The position numbers and the translations under genes were made by a program. DNA of 64,000 nt from Anolis carolinensis (taxonomy: Eukaryota). Where the stretch lies: positions 35,719,129 to 35,783,128 of the forward strand of contig NW_026943818.1 in assembly GCF_035594765.1 (NCBI RefSeq), given 5' to 3'. Under the pieces are notes generated by a model, which worked only from the letters and a program-made list of their open reading frames with translations, was not told the origin of the DNA and did not search any database. Every line of letters starts with the position of its first letter. Position 1 is the first letter of the stretch. Of the stretch, positions 38,941 to 51,905 are shown piece after piece.

Positions 38941-39592
38941 GTGGGGACCATAAGCCAGAAAAATAGGAAACTATTGCCTCTACATATGCCCCTCCCTTCC
39001 TGGGAGCTGGTGCCTTTCTCCAGAAAGTTCCAAGACCAAACGTTAGCTTGAAATCAACAAGTGAGGTCACAGGTATCATTTATGCCAAGTAGGTGTGGAA
39101 GGTGAGGAAGATCCTCAGCCATTGGTCAATTTTAGATAAGCCGAGATATAAATTCTTTGTTTGCTACGTACATGTGGCAACAGCCATTCGCATGGTATGG
39201 ACCCATTGAAGTGGGTACCTACGGCTGTTTTGCCTTATCATCAGCTGTGATAACAATAAAATTCCTGGAATTTTCTTCTTTACTTCCCCATCGGGCTAGT
39301 CTCCAATAATTCAATGCTAATCAAGGTGGCCAATTGCAACATTCACACTTGCCTCAAACAGACAAGACATCATTCCACAGACATATAAACCCCACTTGTC
39401 CAATTTCCAACAGACCTCACAACCTCTGAGGATGCCTGCCATAGATGTGGGCGAAACGTCAGGAGGGAATGCTTCTGGAATATAACCATACAGCCCAGAA
39501 AACTCATAGCAACCCAAAGATCAGCATGTCTCCTTCCCGACAAGGTGGCCCAATGAGATTAATGAAATATTAATTACTCAAAATATAAAAGA

Positions 39593-40119
39593 CTAGCTAT
39601 GCCCGGCCACGTGTTGCTGTGGCGAAGTATGGTGGTATGGGAAATAAAGTACTGAGGAATTGGTGGTAGTTAAGGTAAAGGGTAAAGGTTTTCCCCTGAC
39701 ATTAAGTTAAGTCGTGTCTGACTTTGGGGGTTGGTGGTCATCTCAGATTATAAATGGGTTATATAGCTGTGTTGAAGGGTCTTGAGTCTACACTGCCATA
39801 TAATCCAGTTCAAATCAGATAATCTGTATTTTATAGGCAGTGTGGATGAGGCCTAAGTGAGGCCTAACTCTGTCTGTCCCCTGGGCTGAGTGGGTTGCTA
39901 GGAGATCAAGTGGGCGGAGCTTAGCCTTCTAACTGGCAGCAATTGGATAAAAACAATTATTCCTCTCCCTCTAATTAGGACTTTATTTTTCTTTTCTTTT
40001 TGTTGTATCAACCTAGAGGTGTGGATGAGGGGTTGTACTGTCAATTTTCAAGGTTGTGGGGTGTTTAGTTTTGTTGTTTTGCCCGCTGCCGTGATTCCAT
40101 CACTCTTTTATATATATAG
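39593..40119 (-). mobile_element. Non-autonomous Helitron
   Basis: CTAG and hairpin end; internal sequence matches 1337-1938. Confidence 0.78.
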
Positions 40120-40489
40120 TTAAATATGTCCCTCTGAGACGTCTCTTCTTTCCTTCAAGAAACATATGGACAAAGGTGGAAGGTGTCCAGAGAAGGGCCA
40201 CCAAAACGGGCCGTTTCAAGAGCGTTTTAAGAGAGAGCGTGGCTCAACTTGGAGAAAAGATGGTTGACAAGAAGGGACGTGAGAGCCGTGTCGAAATACG
40301 TTGAGAGACCACAGCCTTATCTTCTAGGAAAAAGATGCGGTCCAGTTAAGATCTGAAGATCTCAGACTCCGATCTTGCGAAAGCTCCAACGGCCGAGTTT
40401 CCTGAAATTGCAGAAGTGGAAGAAGGGCCCCCGGAGTGGACAATGGGCTAAAAAAGCCACCCTCGAGCCGTCCCCATTCGGGCGCCAAG

Positions 40490-40550
40490 ATGGGCAACCT
40501 CAGCAACGTCCTTCTTCTCCTGACAGTCTCTTTCTCCTTGACTCGTCTCC
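40490..40550 (+). CDS. Protease C exon 1 (signal peptide)
   Basis: [20 protein letters not shown] plus a GTAAG donor. Confidence 0.85.
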
Positions 40551-43500
40551 GTAAGTTCTTGAATATCTTTACGAGGATGGGCTTCTCCACTTTGCCTCGT
40601 GGTCGTGTGCTTGTAGACATTTTCCTGCACAAAATATGACTATTTGTTTGCAATTTTTTTTGGGCAGATCCCTTGCGGAGCCAGATCATCGGAGGCCACG
40701 AAGCCAAGCCGCACTCCCGACCGTACATCGCCGCCTTGAAAATAGGGAGCGGTTACGGTTGCGGCGGATTCCTAGTGGCGCCCCAATGGGTCATGACCGC
40801 GGCACATTGCATGAGGTGAGTAGCCCCAGATTGAAGAAGGGACAGAATCATATCCCACTGAAAACCAGAAAATAGTAAACTTTTGCCTATGTGGCTTTGC
40901 CTTTGCATATGTCCTTCCCTTCATGTGAGCAGGTGCCTTCCTCCAGAAAGTTCCAAGGAGAGAAGAAAGCTCAGAGTAAACAAGTTAGGTCATTGGTATC
41001 ACTTGTGCCAAAGTAGGTGTGGAAGGTGAGGAAGACCCTCAGCCATTGGTCAATTTTAGATAAGCCAAGATATATATTCTTTGTTTTTTTAATTATTGTT
41101 TTTTTTAAAAAAAAATTATAGTGAAACATAATACATTGAAAGTGGTAGAACAATGTATCAATAGAAATATTCTTTGTTTTTTAAAAAATTTTAAATTTTT
41201 TTTATAGTGAAGCATAATACATTGAAAGTGGTGGAACAATATATCGATAGGAAAGTGAGGAAATATCAAGAGGAGGAATAATCATAGAAATAGATAGAGA
41301 CAAAAAGAGAAGAAGAAAAAACAACGGTTGAACTTCCCATCTTGGCTTCGGAGTTGTCCCTTTTGTTGTCTGTTTATTTGTATGTTTCCTTTGTCTTGTT
41401 CCGTTTAGACAGATATATCGTGAAATCCGTTCTTCTTTTTGTTCAAAATTTTGTAAAATTTGTCCAATCTGTTTTATTTTTTCCTTCTCTTATTTTTTGT
41501 GTTAGTTTGTCCATTTGTACTACAGCAGAGTCTCACTTATCCAACATAAACGGGCCGGCAGAATATTGGATAAGCGAATATGTTGGATAATAAGGACGGA
41601 TTAAGGAAAAGCCTATTAAACATCAAATTGGGTTATGATTTTACAAAGTAAGCACCAAAACAACATGTTATACAACAAATTTAACAGAAAAAGTAGTTCA
41701 ATATGCAGTAATGCTAAGTAGTAATTACTGTATTTTTGAATTTAGCACCAAAATATCACGATGTATTGAAAACATTGACTACAAAAATGCGTTGGATAAT
41801 CCAGAACGTTGGAAAAGTGAGACTCTACTGTATATCCAAGATTCTTATTATCCATTCCTCGGGGGTTGGTAGTCTTTTTCCTTTCCAGATCTTTGCTATT
41901 GTTAATCTTCCCACTGTGCTTATGTAAAAAAAAGATTCTATCTTCGTTTTTTAAAAAATTTTGAATTTGTAAAACTTAGTAAAAACATTTCCGGTTCTAA
42001 TTTAAATTTGATTCCTACAGTTTCTTGTGTCATTTCATGTACGATCTTCCAGAATTTTTTAATTTTCTCACAGGTCCACCACTGATGAAAAAATGTCCCA
42101 ATTTTCCCCCCACATTTCCAGCACATGTTGGATTTCTTTTTATTAAATTGTGATAGTTTTTTCTGGCATATAATACCACCTATATTGCACCTTCTACCAG
42201 TTTTCTCTGATATCAGTTGCGGCCGTGTATTTTAATTTTTCTTTCCAGATTTTTCCCAATGTTCCAGATTCAGACTGTGGCCAATATCTTTTTGTCCATT
42301 TTATCATGCGTCCTTTTATGCATTCCTCTTCTGTTGCCCATTTTAGTAGTTGTTGATATATATTTTTTGTTAACTGCACACATGTTGCAGCAGCCATTTG
42401 CAAGTGCAAACCTTTTGGTGTGTGTATGGCTGTCCCGCTTTCTCATAGCTATGGTGACGCAGGTAAAAACTTCAAGGAGGGTGACTTGTCGTAAGGAATA
42501 GCCAGACACTGTCCGGGGAAAAGTGGAATCTCAGGGAGATCAAGAGTAGCTGATCCCCTTGTTGCCTCTTCTACCTTCTGGACCATAAAACTGTCTGCAA
42601 GGGAAGCGAGGAATTTGTTGGACTTTGTACTACTGGCCGAATTGATTGCAAATATATAGAAATGTTTATTATGGTTGAAACAATCCAAATATTCAATGTC
42701 TTTTAAAGTACAATAGGGTCTCATTATATCATGAAAAATGGCTGGGATTAGATGCTGCCGGAGCAGAACGAAGGTTCAACCGGATGGTCCTTGGGGTCTC
42801 TTCTAACTCTAGGAGTTTTTCGTGCCAGCCTCTTAACTCCACCTTCTTTTTGCAGACATATCACGGTTGTTTTGGGGGCCCACGACCTTGATGCCATCGA
42901 GGAGTCCCAGCAAGTGATCGGGGTCCAGTCATACCACAAACACCCCGAGTACAACCCCGACAGCTTTGCGAACGACATCCTCCTGCTGAAGGTAAGGAGA
43001 ACTGTAATGTATGGACACTTGTGCGGGCATGAAGGGAAGGCAGAAGGAGTTGTTGTTTCCACGGGTCCCAAAGACGTATTTATTGAGAATACAATTATAA
43101 TGTATAGAAAAACCACAAAAAAATTTGGCGTTATTGTCAGGTCCCTGGCTGCTGGGCACCAATAACCTTACACAGGGGCCAGTCTCTATCTAATATCTTT
43201 ATTAAAGAAATATATAAAATCAATAAAAACAAGTGAAGAATATAGTTCAGAAGCAGACCTTTCAAATGAGGTCAAATATAGTCCAAAAATGTATTGTCCA
43301 ATAAATGATATTAGAGTTCAAAGTTTTAATCCACTTGACCGAAACACACACTTTGCCAAGCAATAGTGTGGGGAAATAACAGAGTCTTAGAGTCCAATGA
43401 AGCTTGACAACAAGGCTGGAAATAAACTTGATTCTTGACTAGGTCCGTGACTGGAGACAAGGCAAAACATGAAGCATGAAGCAGGGTCCGTGGTAAAACC

Positions 43501-46323
43501 GCGAGGCAGGGCAAGGCTTGAAGCTTGATCTGGGAAGCAAGGAACTGGGGTACGAAGTCCACACACGATCTCTCTCCTGAAGGTGATCAATTGACTCCCT
43601 CGCGCCAAACACCTATATTGGGTCTCGTTTTCCCGCCAACAGAACTCTTTCCCTAGAGAACGAGAAGCGAAACCCAACTCTGTCCAGATGTGTGACTCCT
43701 TAGAATTTCCCAAGGGAAGCAGGCCTAATCAGCTTGATGTTTGGCAGCTATGCGTAAACTCCTCCGTTGGGCTTCTCTGACTCCCCTTTCTCTAGAATAA
43801 GATTCCTTCCTGGGAAACGGAGGGGAGTTCTGCCCAAGGCCTGTTTGGCTGAATTCTTGAGGGCAAACATCAACATCCTGCAGGTGAAGGGACTCCGGCT
43901 CTTGCTGAACCGGCGAAAACCCCATGTTTTCCTCTTCGTCTGCCACAATAGTACTAGGAACAGGACTACAAGGCCCATGAGTCATCACAGTTATACTAAA
44001 TTTCTTTTGACCAGAAGCTGGCCACTTGGAATGCCTCTGGTGTTGTGCATGCGGCAGGGCTCAGACCGCATGATAGTCAGTGGTCTGTGGTTTGCTCTTC
44101 TCTACACTTGTATTTCATAAGACTCCACTTTGTAGTTACATTTCGTAAGGGTTAGTTCTGCATCTCGTGGTGCCAGAGCGCACTATGTTCAGCACCTTCC
44201 GAGTCGCCCCGTCTCAGTCACTGATTGAGGTTTCGGGTTTTAGCCTGCCACTTTTGGAATCCCGCTTGCTGAGGTGTTCCTGCGAGTATCTCTGTAGATC
44301 GTAGGAAGATGTTTCTTGATTTGGTGTTATGGTTTGAACTTCGCGCTGTTGCTCTGAACCAGGGGTCCTCAAACTTTTTAAGTGGAGGGCCGATTCACAG
44401 TCCCTCGGACTGCTGGGGGGGCGGACTATGATGAAATAGTCCAAAATTAGGATTGTTGTTGTTGTCTTCAAGCCAGGGAAATGACCTTGGAGGGCCTTAG
44501 TTTGGAGACCCCTGATTTGGATGATCTCATAACAGCATAGGTAAGCAAAGAGACCTCCAAAGACCATCTAGATGGTCTCATAAGACCATAGGTAAGGAAA
44601 GGGACCCTCAAAGGCCATCTAGATGATCTCATAAGGCCATCAGAAGACCATAGGTAAGGAAGGGGGCCCTCAAAGGCCATCTAGATGGTCTCGTAAGGTT
44701 ATCAGAAGACCATCGGTAAGGAAAGGGACCCTCAAAGGCCATCTAGATGGTCTCATAAGACCATCAGTAAGGAAAGGGACCCTCAAAGGCCATCTGGATG
44801 GTCTCATAAGACCATTGGTAAGGAAAGAGACCCTCAAAGGCCATCTAGATGGTCTTATAGGACCATCGGTAAGGAAAGGGACCCTCAAAGCCCATCTAGA
44901 CGGTCTCATAGGACCATAGGTAAGGAAAGTGACCTCCAAAAGCCATTTAGATGGTCTCATAAGGCCATCAGAAGACCATAGATAAGAAAAGGGACCCTCA
45001 AAGGCCATCTGGATGGTTTCATAAGACCATAGATAAGGAAAGGGATCTCAAAGGCCATCTAGACGGTCTCATAGGACCATAGGTAAGGAAAGGGACCTCC
45101 AAAAGCCATCTAGATGGTCTCATAAGGCCATCGTTAAGCAAGGAGACCTTCAAAGACCATGTATATGATCTCATAAGGCCATCAGAAGACCATAGATAAG
45201 GAAAGGGACCCTCAAAGGCCATTTGGATGGTTTCATAAGACCATAGATAAGGAAAGGAACCTCAAAGGCCATCTGGACGGTCTCATAGGACCATAGGTAA
45301 GGAAAGTGACCTCCAAAAGCCATCTAGATGGTCTTATATGAACTCACTGGGTGTCTTTAGGCAAGTTCCACTATCTCATCCTCAGAGGAAGACAAAGGCA
45401 AACCTGTTTTGAATGCATCTTGAAAAGAAAACTGTGTGGGAGGGTTGCCTGAGTCTGAAAAGACTTGAAGGCAACACAACAACATCAAACTGTGGTTCGG
45501 TCTCCCAAAAGTCCAAGGGACCCTGCCTTAAACGCTGTCCTCTTTCCCTTTTTCCCAGCTGGAGTTCAAACCCGTCCTAAACAAATACGTCCAAATTGTG
45601 CCTTTGCCAAAGTCTGGCAGCGATCTCCCTGCCGGCACCTCCTGCAACATCGCCGGCTGGGGCCTGATTGACGAAGGCAGAACCACTCCCAGGCTCTTTG
45701 AGACCGACGTCAACATCTACAGTCGCAGGAAGTGCCGCATGGTCTACCCCTGGCTGGACGACGGGATGATCTGTGCGGGGAGCCACAAGCAGCTCCTGGA
45801 CACAAGCCAGGTAAGCAGCGAGGGGGATCCAGACACGGGAGACCTGAACTGAATTGGCTCTTTTCGCTGCCACATGGCACTGGTGGGACTTGCCTAAAGC
45901 CACCCAGTGAGTTCAGAGCAGGGGTCCCCAAACTATGGCCCGTGGGCCGGATGTGGCCCTCCAAGGTCATTGACCTGGCCCCTGTCCTAAACTTTAGACT
46001 TCGGGTTCACCTAATTCTACCTGGTCTTTGAAGGCCTCTTTGCTTAGCTACGGCCTTATGAGATTGTCTAGATCAGGGGTCCCCAAACTAAGGCCCGGGC
46101 ATCGAAGCCATTTATCTGGCCCCCACGGCACAAGGGCAGAAGGGGGTTGGGCTAAATGACCCAAGGGGTCTCTTCTTCTCTTACAACCATTATTATTATT
46201 ATTATTATTATTATTAACATTGAGGCTGGGTGGACATCTGTCAGGGGCAATACTAATGGCTTTTGGTGCACAAAGGCAGAAGGGGATTGGACTCAATGGC
46301 CCAAGGGGTCTCTTCCAACCATC

Positions 46324-46380
<57 letters not shown>

Positions 46381-46486
46381 ATTGAGGCTGGATGGCCATC
46401 TGTCAGGGATGCTTTGCTTGTGCTTTCAGTGCACAAAGGCAGAAAGGGATTGGACTCAATGGCCCAAGGGGTCTCTTCCAACCCTC

Positions 46487-46534
<48 letters not shown>

Positions 46535-46640
46535 ATTGAGGCTGGGTGGACATCTGTCAGGGATGCTTTGCTTGTGCTTTCAGTGCACAAAGGCAGAAAG
46601 GGATTGGACTCAATGGCCCAAGGGGTCTCTTCCAACCCTC

Positions 46641-46688
<48 letters not shown>

Positions 46689-46794
46689 ATTGAGGCTGGG
46701 TGGACATCTGTCAGGGATGCTTTGCTTGTGCTTTCAGTGCACAAAGGCAGAAAGGGATTGGACTCAATGGCCCAAGGGGTCTCTTCCAACCCTC

Positions 46795-46834
<40 letters not shown>

Positions 46835-46942
46835 ACATTGAGGCTGGGTGGCCATCTGTCAGGGATGCTTTGCTTGTGCTTTCAGTGCACAAAGGCAGAA
46901 AGGGATTGGACTCAATGGCCCAAAGGGTCTCTTCCAACCCTC

Positions 46943-46986
<44 letters not shown>

Positions 46987-47760
46987 AATAATAATTGCTC
47001 GGTGGCCAACTATAGTCCGGCCCTCCAACGGTCCGAAGGATCATGAACTGGCCCCCTGTTTTAAAAGTTTGGGGACCCCTGGTCTAGATGGTCTTTGAAG
47101 GCCTATTTGCTTAGCTACGGCCTTATGAGACCATCTAGATGGCTTTTGGAGGTCACTTTCCTAACCTATGGTACTATGAGATCATCTAGATGGGCTTTTG
47201 AGGGTCCCTTTCCTTATCTAATGTTTTATGAAACCATCCAGATGGCGTTTGAGGGTTCCTTTCCTTACCTATGGTCTTCTGATGGCCTTATGAGATCATC
47301 TAGATGGTCTTTGAGGGTCCCTTTCCTTATCTGTGGTCTTCTGATGGCCTTATGAGACCATCGAGATGGCCTTTGAGGGTCCCTTTCCTTACCAATGGTC
47401 TTATGAAACCATCCCCAAACTTACCTATGGTCTTAATATCTATGGGGAGAGTGGGCTGGGCTACCTCCTAAAGGTGTCTAAAAAGATTTGGCTCATGTTC
47501 AGCTTGTGCTCTACTGAGATCCCATTGAGTTGAAAACTTTCTCCTATGTTTTTGTGATAGACCCAATTAGGAAATGACCTTTCTAGGAACGAAAATCACG
47601 TTTGAATTTAACTTTGCAGGGAGACTCCGGAGGCCCAATGGTCTGCAACGGCGTGGTACATGGCGTCGTGTCCTTTGGCTACGACGCCCCGCCCGGGGTT
47701 TACGCTCGCATTGCGCATTTCCTGCCTTGGATCCAGAAGGTCATGGAGTCGAATCCTTGA
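40490..47760 (+). CDS. Serine protease C, close paralog of A (S1A), 5 exons, about 245 aa
   Basis: Exons 40490-40550, 40668-40815, 42856-42991, 45559-45810, 47620-47760. The catalytic triad is intact ([18 protein letters not shown]). AATAAA signals near 48249 and 48269. Confidence 0.92.
40668..40815 (+). CDS. Protease C exon 2
   Basis: [49 protein letters not shown]. Confidence 0.92.
41086..42356 (-). mobile_element. 5'-truncated L1 fragment (ORF2 C-terminal Cys-rich domain) in intron 2 of protease C
   Basis: [18 protein letters not shown] zinc knuckle, T-rich tail, and an imperfect TSD tatatattytttgtt at about 41071 and 42357. Confidence 0.75.
42540..42650 (-). mobile_element. CR1 LINE endonuclease fragment
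   Basis: [29 protein letters not shown]. Confidence 0.6.
42856..42991 (+). CDS. Protease C exon 3
   Basis: [45 protein letters not shown]. Confidence 0.92.
43135..43989 (-). mobile_element. Solo LTR (855 bp) in intron 3 of protease C
   Basis: TG...CA termini, 5-bp TSD GTTAT and a minus-strand AATAAA near 43200. Confidence 0.8.
43995..44358 (-). mobile_element. Decayed Vingi/RTE-like LINE 3' fragment
   Basis: Frameshifted minus-strand translation [17 protein letters not shown]...EEQTTDH. Confidence 0.5.
44515..45340. repeat. CATCTAGATG-core array, reverse orientation (intron 3 of protease C)
   Basis: Reverse complement of the same unit family. Confidence 0.85.
45559..45810 (+). CDS. Protease C exon 4
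   Basis: [17 protein letters not shown]...[15 protein letters not shown]. Confidence 0.92.
46190..46995 (+). repeat. About 154-bp tandem (5 copies) of a CR1-like 3' end plus (TTA)n, inside an hAT MITE in intron 4 of protease C
   Basis: Unit aacattgaggctgggtggacatctgtcagggatg...tcttccaaccctct(tta)n. Confidence 0.75.
47081..47430. repeat. CATCTAGATG-core array (intron 4 of protease C)
   Basis: Same unit family. Confidence 0.8.
47620..47760 (+). CDS. Protease C exon 5
   Basis: [46 protein letters not shown]. Confidence 0.92.
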   Translation, partial: GDSGGPMVCNGVVHGVVSFGYDAPPGVYARIAHFLPWIQKVMESNP

Positions 47761-48294
47761 GAAGGTCCCAACCCTTGGGCTCTTCGTCCCAATGTTCTGC
47801 TTGCTCAGGTCTTATTTCAATGCCTCTCCTTCTTCCACTGAGCCTGCCTTTTGAAGAAATCATCTAGGAACAAGTAGCCCAAAGAATGTTCCATTATAGA
47901 ATCCTAGTGTTGGAAGGGATCCCCAAAAGGCCATCCAGTCCAACTCACAGGAGGACACCATCCGATCTCTACAGATGGCCATCCAACTTATAGACATTAG
48001 CAGGTTCATGGGGAAATAAAGATACAGAATCCTAGAATCCTAGAGTTGGAAGTCCAATCCTATTCTGCGACATAGGACACCATCCGATCCTTCCCGACAG
48101 ATGGCCATCCAACCTCTGCTTCAAAACCTCCAGAGAAGGAGACTCCACCGGACTCCCAGGCAGTATATTTCACAGTTTTGTGTTTCCCAAGCGTCTCCCG
48201 ATTCTGTCCCCTTCTTAACAAACTCCTTCTGTTTTGCACTGTATTGGAAATAAATGTCTTTTGCAGCAAATAAAACTCAGTTGTGGTCAGTTGT

Positions 48295-49272
48295 GGGTTG
48301 AGGGGGATACTCATCATTAGGTTGGGAAAAAGAAAAGTAATCCTGTTGGGGAAAACTGCCAACAACAACAACAGCAGGTCCCGTAGTACAATTCTATGGT
48401 GGCCATGAGGAGGCCTTGGAGGATTCCTTAGCTGATGTCCTGTGTGACGTTATTCGAGAGGGCCAGGGTTTTATGAGTGAGGGGGTGGGATGAGGGAGAT
48501 GCTCATTACTAGGATGGGAAAAAGGAAAGTAATCCTGTTGGGGAAAACTGCCAACAACAACAACAGCAGCAGGTCCTGTAGTATACTTCTATGATGGCCA
48601 TGAGGTGGCCTTGGAGGATTCCTTAGCTGATGTCCTGTGTGACGTCATTCGAGAGGGCCAGGGTTTTACAAGTGAGGGGGTGGGATGAGGGGGATGCTCA
48701 TCATTAGGATGGGAAAAAGAAAAGTAATCCCGTTGGGGAAAACTGCCAACAACAATAACAACAGGTCCTGTAGTACAATTCTATAGTTGCCAACTTGCCA
48801 TGATGTGGCCTTGGAGGATTCCTTAGCTGATGTCCTGTGTGACGTCATTCGAGAGGGCCAGGGTTTTACAAGTGAGGGGGTGGGATGAGGGGGATGCTCA
48901 TAACTAGGATGGGAAAAAGAAAAGTAATCCTGTTGGGGAAAACTGCCAACAACAACAACAACAACAACAGGTCCCGTAGTACAATTCTATAGTGGTCATG
49001 AGGAGGCCTTGGAGGATTCCTTAGCTGATGTCCTGTGTGACGTTATTCGAGAGGGCCAGGGTTGTGCAAGTGAGGGGATGGGATGAGGGGGATGCTCATC
49101 ATTAGGTTGGGAAAAAGAAAAGTAATCCCGTTGGGGAAAACTGCCAACAACAACAACAACAACATTAGGTCCCGTAGTACAATTCTATGGTGGCCATGAG
49201 GAGGCCTTGGAGGATTCCTTAGGCAATGTCCTGTGTGACGTCATTCGAGAGGGCCAGGGTTGTGCAAGTGAA
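48295..49272. repeat. About 190-200-bp tandem repeat (5 copies) just downstream of the protease C polyA signal
   Basis: Unit contains gggaaaactgcc(aac)n...gccttggaggattccttagctgatgtcctgtgtgacgtcattcgagaggg. Confidence 0.88.
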
Positions 49273-51297
49273 GCCGCCCTATCCTTTCAGGTCTTCATCT
49301 GCAGGGAAGATGATGTCACAAAAAGTCAGGTGAGCAAAGAGGACTGACTCGCAGCTAGAACCCATCAGTCTGGATCCTTGAGAGGACCAGAGAGGAGTAA
49401 GCATCCCTTTTCTCCTGTGTTTTCAGGTTCTTCCGAGTGTCTTCTTTGCTCTCCTTGACTTTTCCTGTCTCTACTATTCATATTGAGTGGTACCAGCAAA
49501 ATGTTGAATGTCCATGCCATCTTTAGGGCAGTGGCTCCCAAACTTATTTAGCCTACTGCCCCCTTTCCAGAAAAAATATTACTCAGTGCCCCCTGGAAAG
49601 GGGCGTGGCTTAGAGGGGTGGGTGTGGCACCTGCTCAAGAGGGCGGGGCTGAGCCTCTCCCCTAGTCCAAGATGCAGGGCTGGGAGGGGGAGGTGGGCTG
49701 GGAGGGGGAGGTGGGCGGGGCCACAAATGGGAGGCCGGGACTGGGATGGGCGGAGTTACAAGCTTTGAGGCAGGGCTGAGCTTCTATCCCTGTCCTGCGG
49801 CGCCTGCCAGGACACAGGGGGCGGGGCCTCTTCCCAAGTGCCTGACGGGGCTGAACCTCTATACCCCGCCCCCATGTTCTAACAAGCGCCTCAGGGGAGG
49901 TATAGAGGCTCAGCCCTGTCTCGGGCTCTTGGAAGGAGGCCCCACCCCCTTCCCTAGCTCCGCCCTCTGTGTCCTAACAGGCACCTCAGGAGAGGTATAG
50001 ATTCTCAGCCCTGTCTCCGACACTTGGGAAGAGGCCACGCCCCTCCCTGGCCCCGCCCCCATCTCCTAATAGGTACCATCACCACATTTCTTGGCATTAA
50101 ATGTTGCCAACTGTTGTAAGCCGCCTTGAGTCCCCCAGGTGAGAAGGGCGGGGTATAAATGCTGGAAATAAATAAATAATAAAATTACTAATAAAATTAA
50201 AACTACCCCCCCCTCCGGATTCCCACTTTGGGAATCCCTGTTTTAGGGCATGGCCAATAATCCATGAAGATTAGGTCACTACTGATTTACCCAGTTCCCC
50301 TTGATTCAATGGGTCTAAGTCAGCAATAGGATTGGGAGCAAAAGGCAAATCAGGGGTAAGGACGTTCCTCCAGATGTTGTTGGACTACAACTCCCAGTAT
50401 GACTCACCATTGGTGATGCTGGTTGGGGCTGCTGGGAGCTGAAGTTAGAGTTGCCTCGTGTGCTATATTCCAGGTTAGCTGGGTATCCGTAACCAGAATT
50501 CCAAAATCTGAAATAATAATTATTAAGAATAATATTTTTAGTATTTTATTTTGGGTCTCCTTTGGTAGGGGAAATCAGGATATTATTAATATTATGTTGT
50601 TGAAGGCTTTCATGACCAGAATCACTGCGTTGCTGTGAGTCTTCCGGGCTGTCTGGCCATATTCCAGAGGCATTCTCTCCTGACGTTTTGCCAGCATCTA
50701 TGGCAGGCATGCTCAGAGGTTGTGAGGTCTATTGGAAACTAGGCAAGTGGGGTTTATAGATCTGTGGAATGATGTCCGGGGTGATTCAGACCATGAAAGC
50801 CTTCGACAACACAAAGTAGACTTGGGTAGAATAACATATTTGGTTTACTCACGACCTTCATGTGTTCAGCATACACAGGTACATAACTTATCCGTTAGTT
50901 ACAGATACAGTAGAGTCTCACTTATCCAACATAAATGGGCTGGCAGAATGTTGGATTAGTGAATATGTTGGATAATAAGGAGAGATTAAGAAAAAGCCTA
51001 TTAAACATCAAAATAGGTTATGATTTTACAAATTAAGCACCAAAACATCATGTTATACAACAAATTTGACAGAAAAAGTAGTTCATTACACATTAATGCT
51101 ATGTAGTAATTACTGTATTTATGAATTTAGCACTAAAATACCATGATATATTGAAAACATTGACTACAAAAATGTGTTGGATAATCCAGAACGTTGGATA
51201 AGTGAGACTCTACTGTATGTTTGAGATATGTTTCTGTGCCATCTGGACATACAGGCCCGAAGACTAACAGCAACACAATGATTCTGGCAATCAAAGC

Positions 51298-51354
<57 letters not shown>

Positions 51355-51728
51355 GAACAACAACGACGTTTGACTTGTGATTTTGTGATATGAAATCCAG
51401 CATATTCATCTCGTTTGCTGTGTCATATTCTGTCTTTGTGTCAATAACAATAATAATAATAATAATATATTTATATCCCGCCACTATCTCCCAGAAGGAC
51501 TCAGAGCAACTCACAAAACACTCGAGGTGTGACCCAAAATACAAAATACAAATCCAAAACAATACATAGGTAATAAACAGTCAACACAGTTGGCTGTTTG
51601 ACGACAACACACAGACACACACACACATATACAGAGCAAGTATTCCCAAATTTATGTTTTGTGTCCCTCTCTTTGGGTGGCCCCTGTATCCTCTCTGGAA
51701 AGGAAACGGCTTTCTAATTGCAAATATA

Positions 51729-51905
51729 CTAGCTGTGCCCGGCCACGCGTTGCTGTGGCTAGGACTTAATTTTTTCTTTTCTTTTTGTAGTATGAACATA
51801 GAGGCGTGGATGAGAGGTTGTGCGGTCAATTTTTGAGGTTGTGGGGCGTTTACTTTAGTTGTTTTGTCCGGTGCCGTGATTCCATTACCCTTTTATATAT
51901 ATAGA
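51729..51905 (-). mobile_element. Mini-Helitron (about 177 bp)
   Basis: TC/CTAG termini; inverted relative of 52897-53072. Confidence 0.78.

Noticed and set aside
46156-47098. Poly-Ile/Leu/Tyr/Asn ORFs resembling membrane proteins (also near 3073-4365, 9554-10015 and 51164-51562)
   Set aside because: These are translations of (TAA/TTA)n microsatellites.
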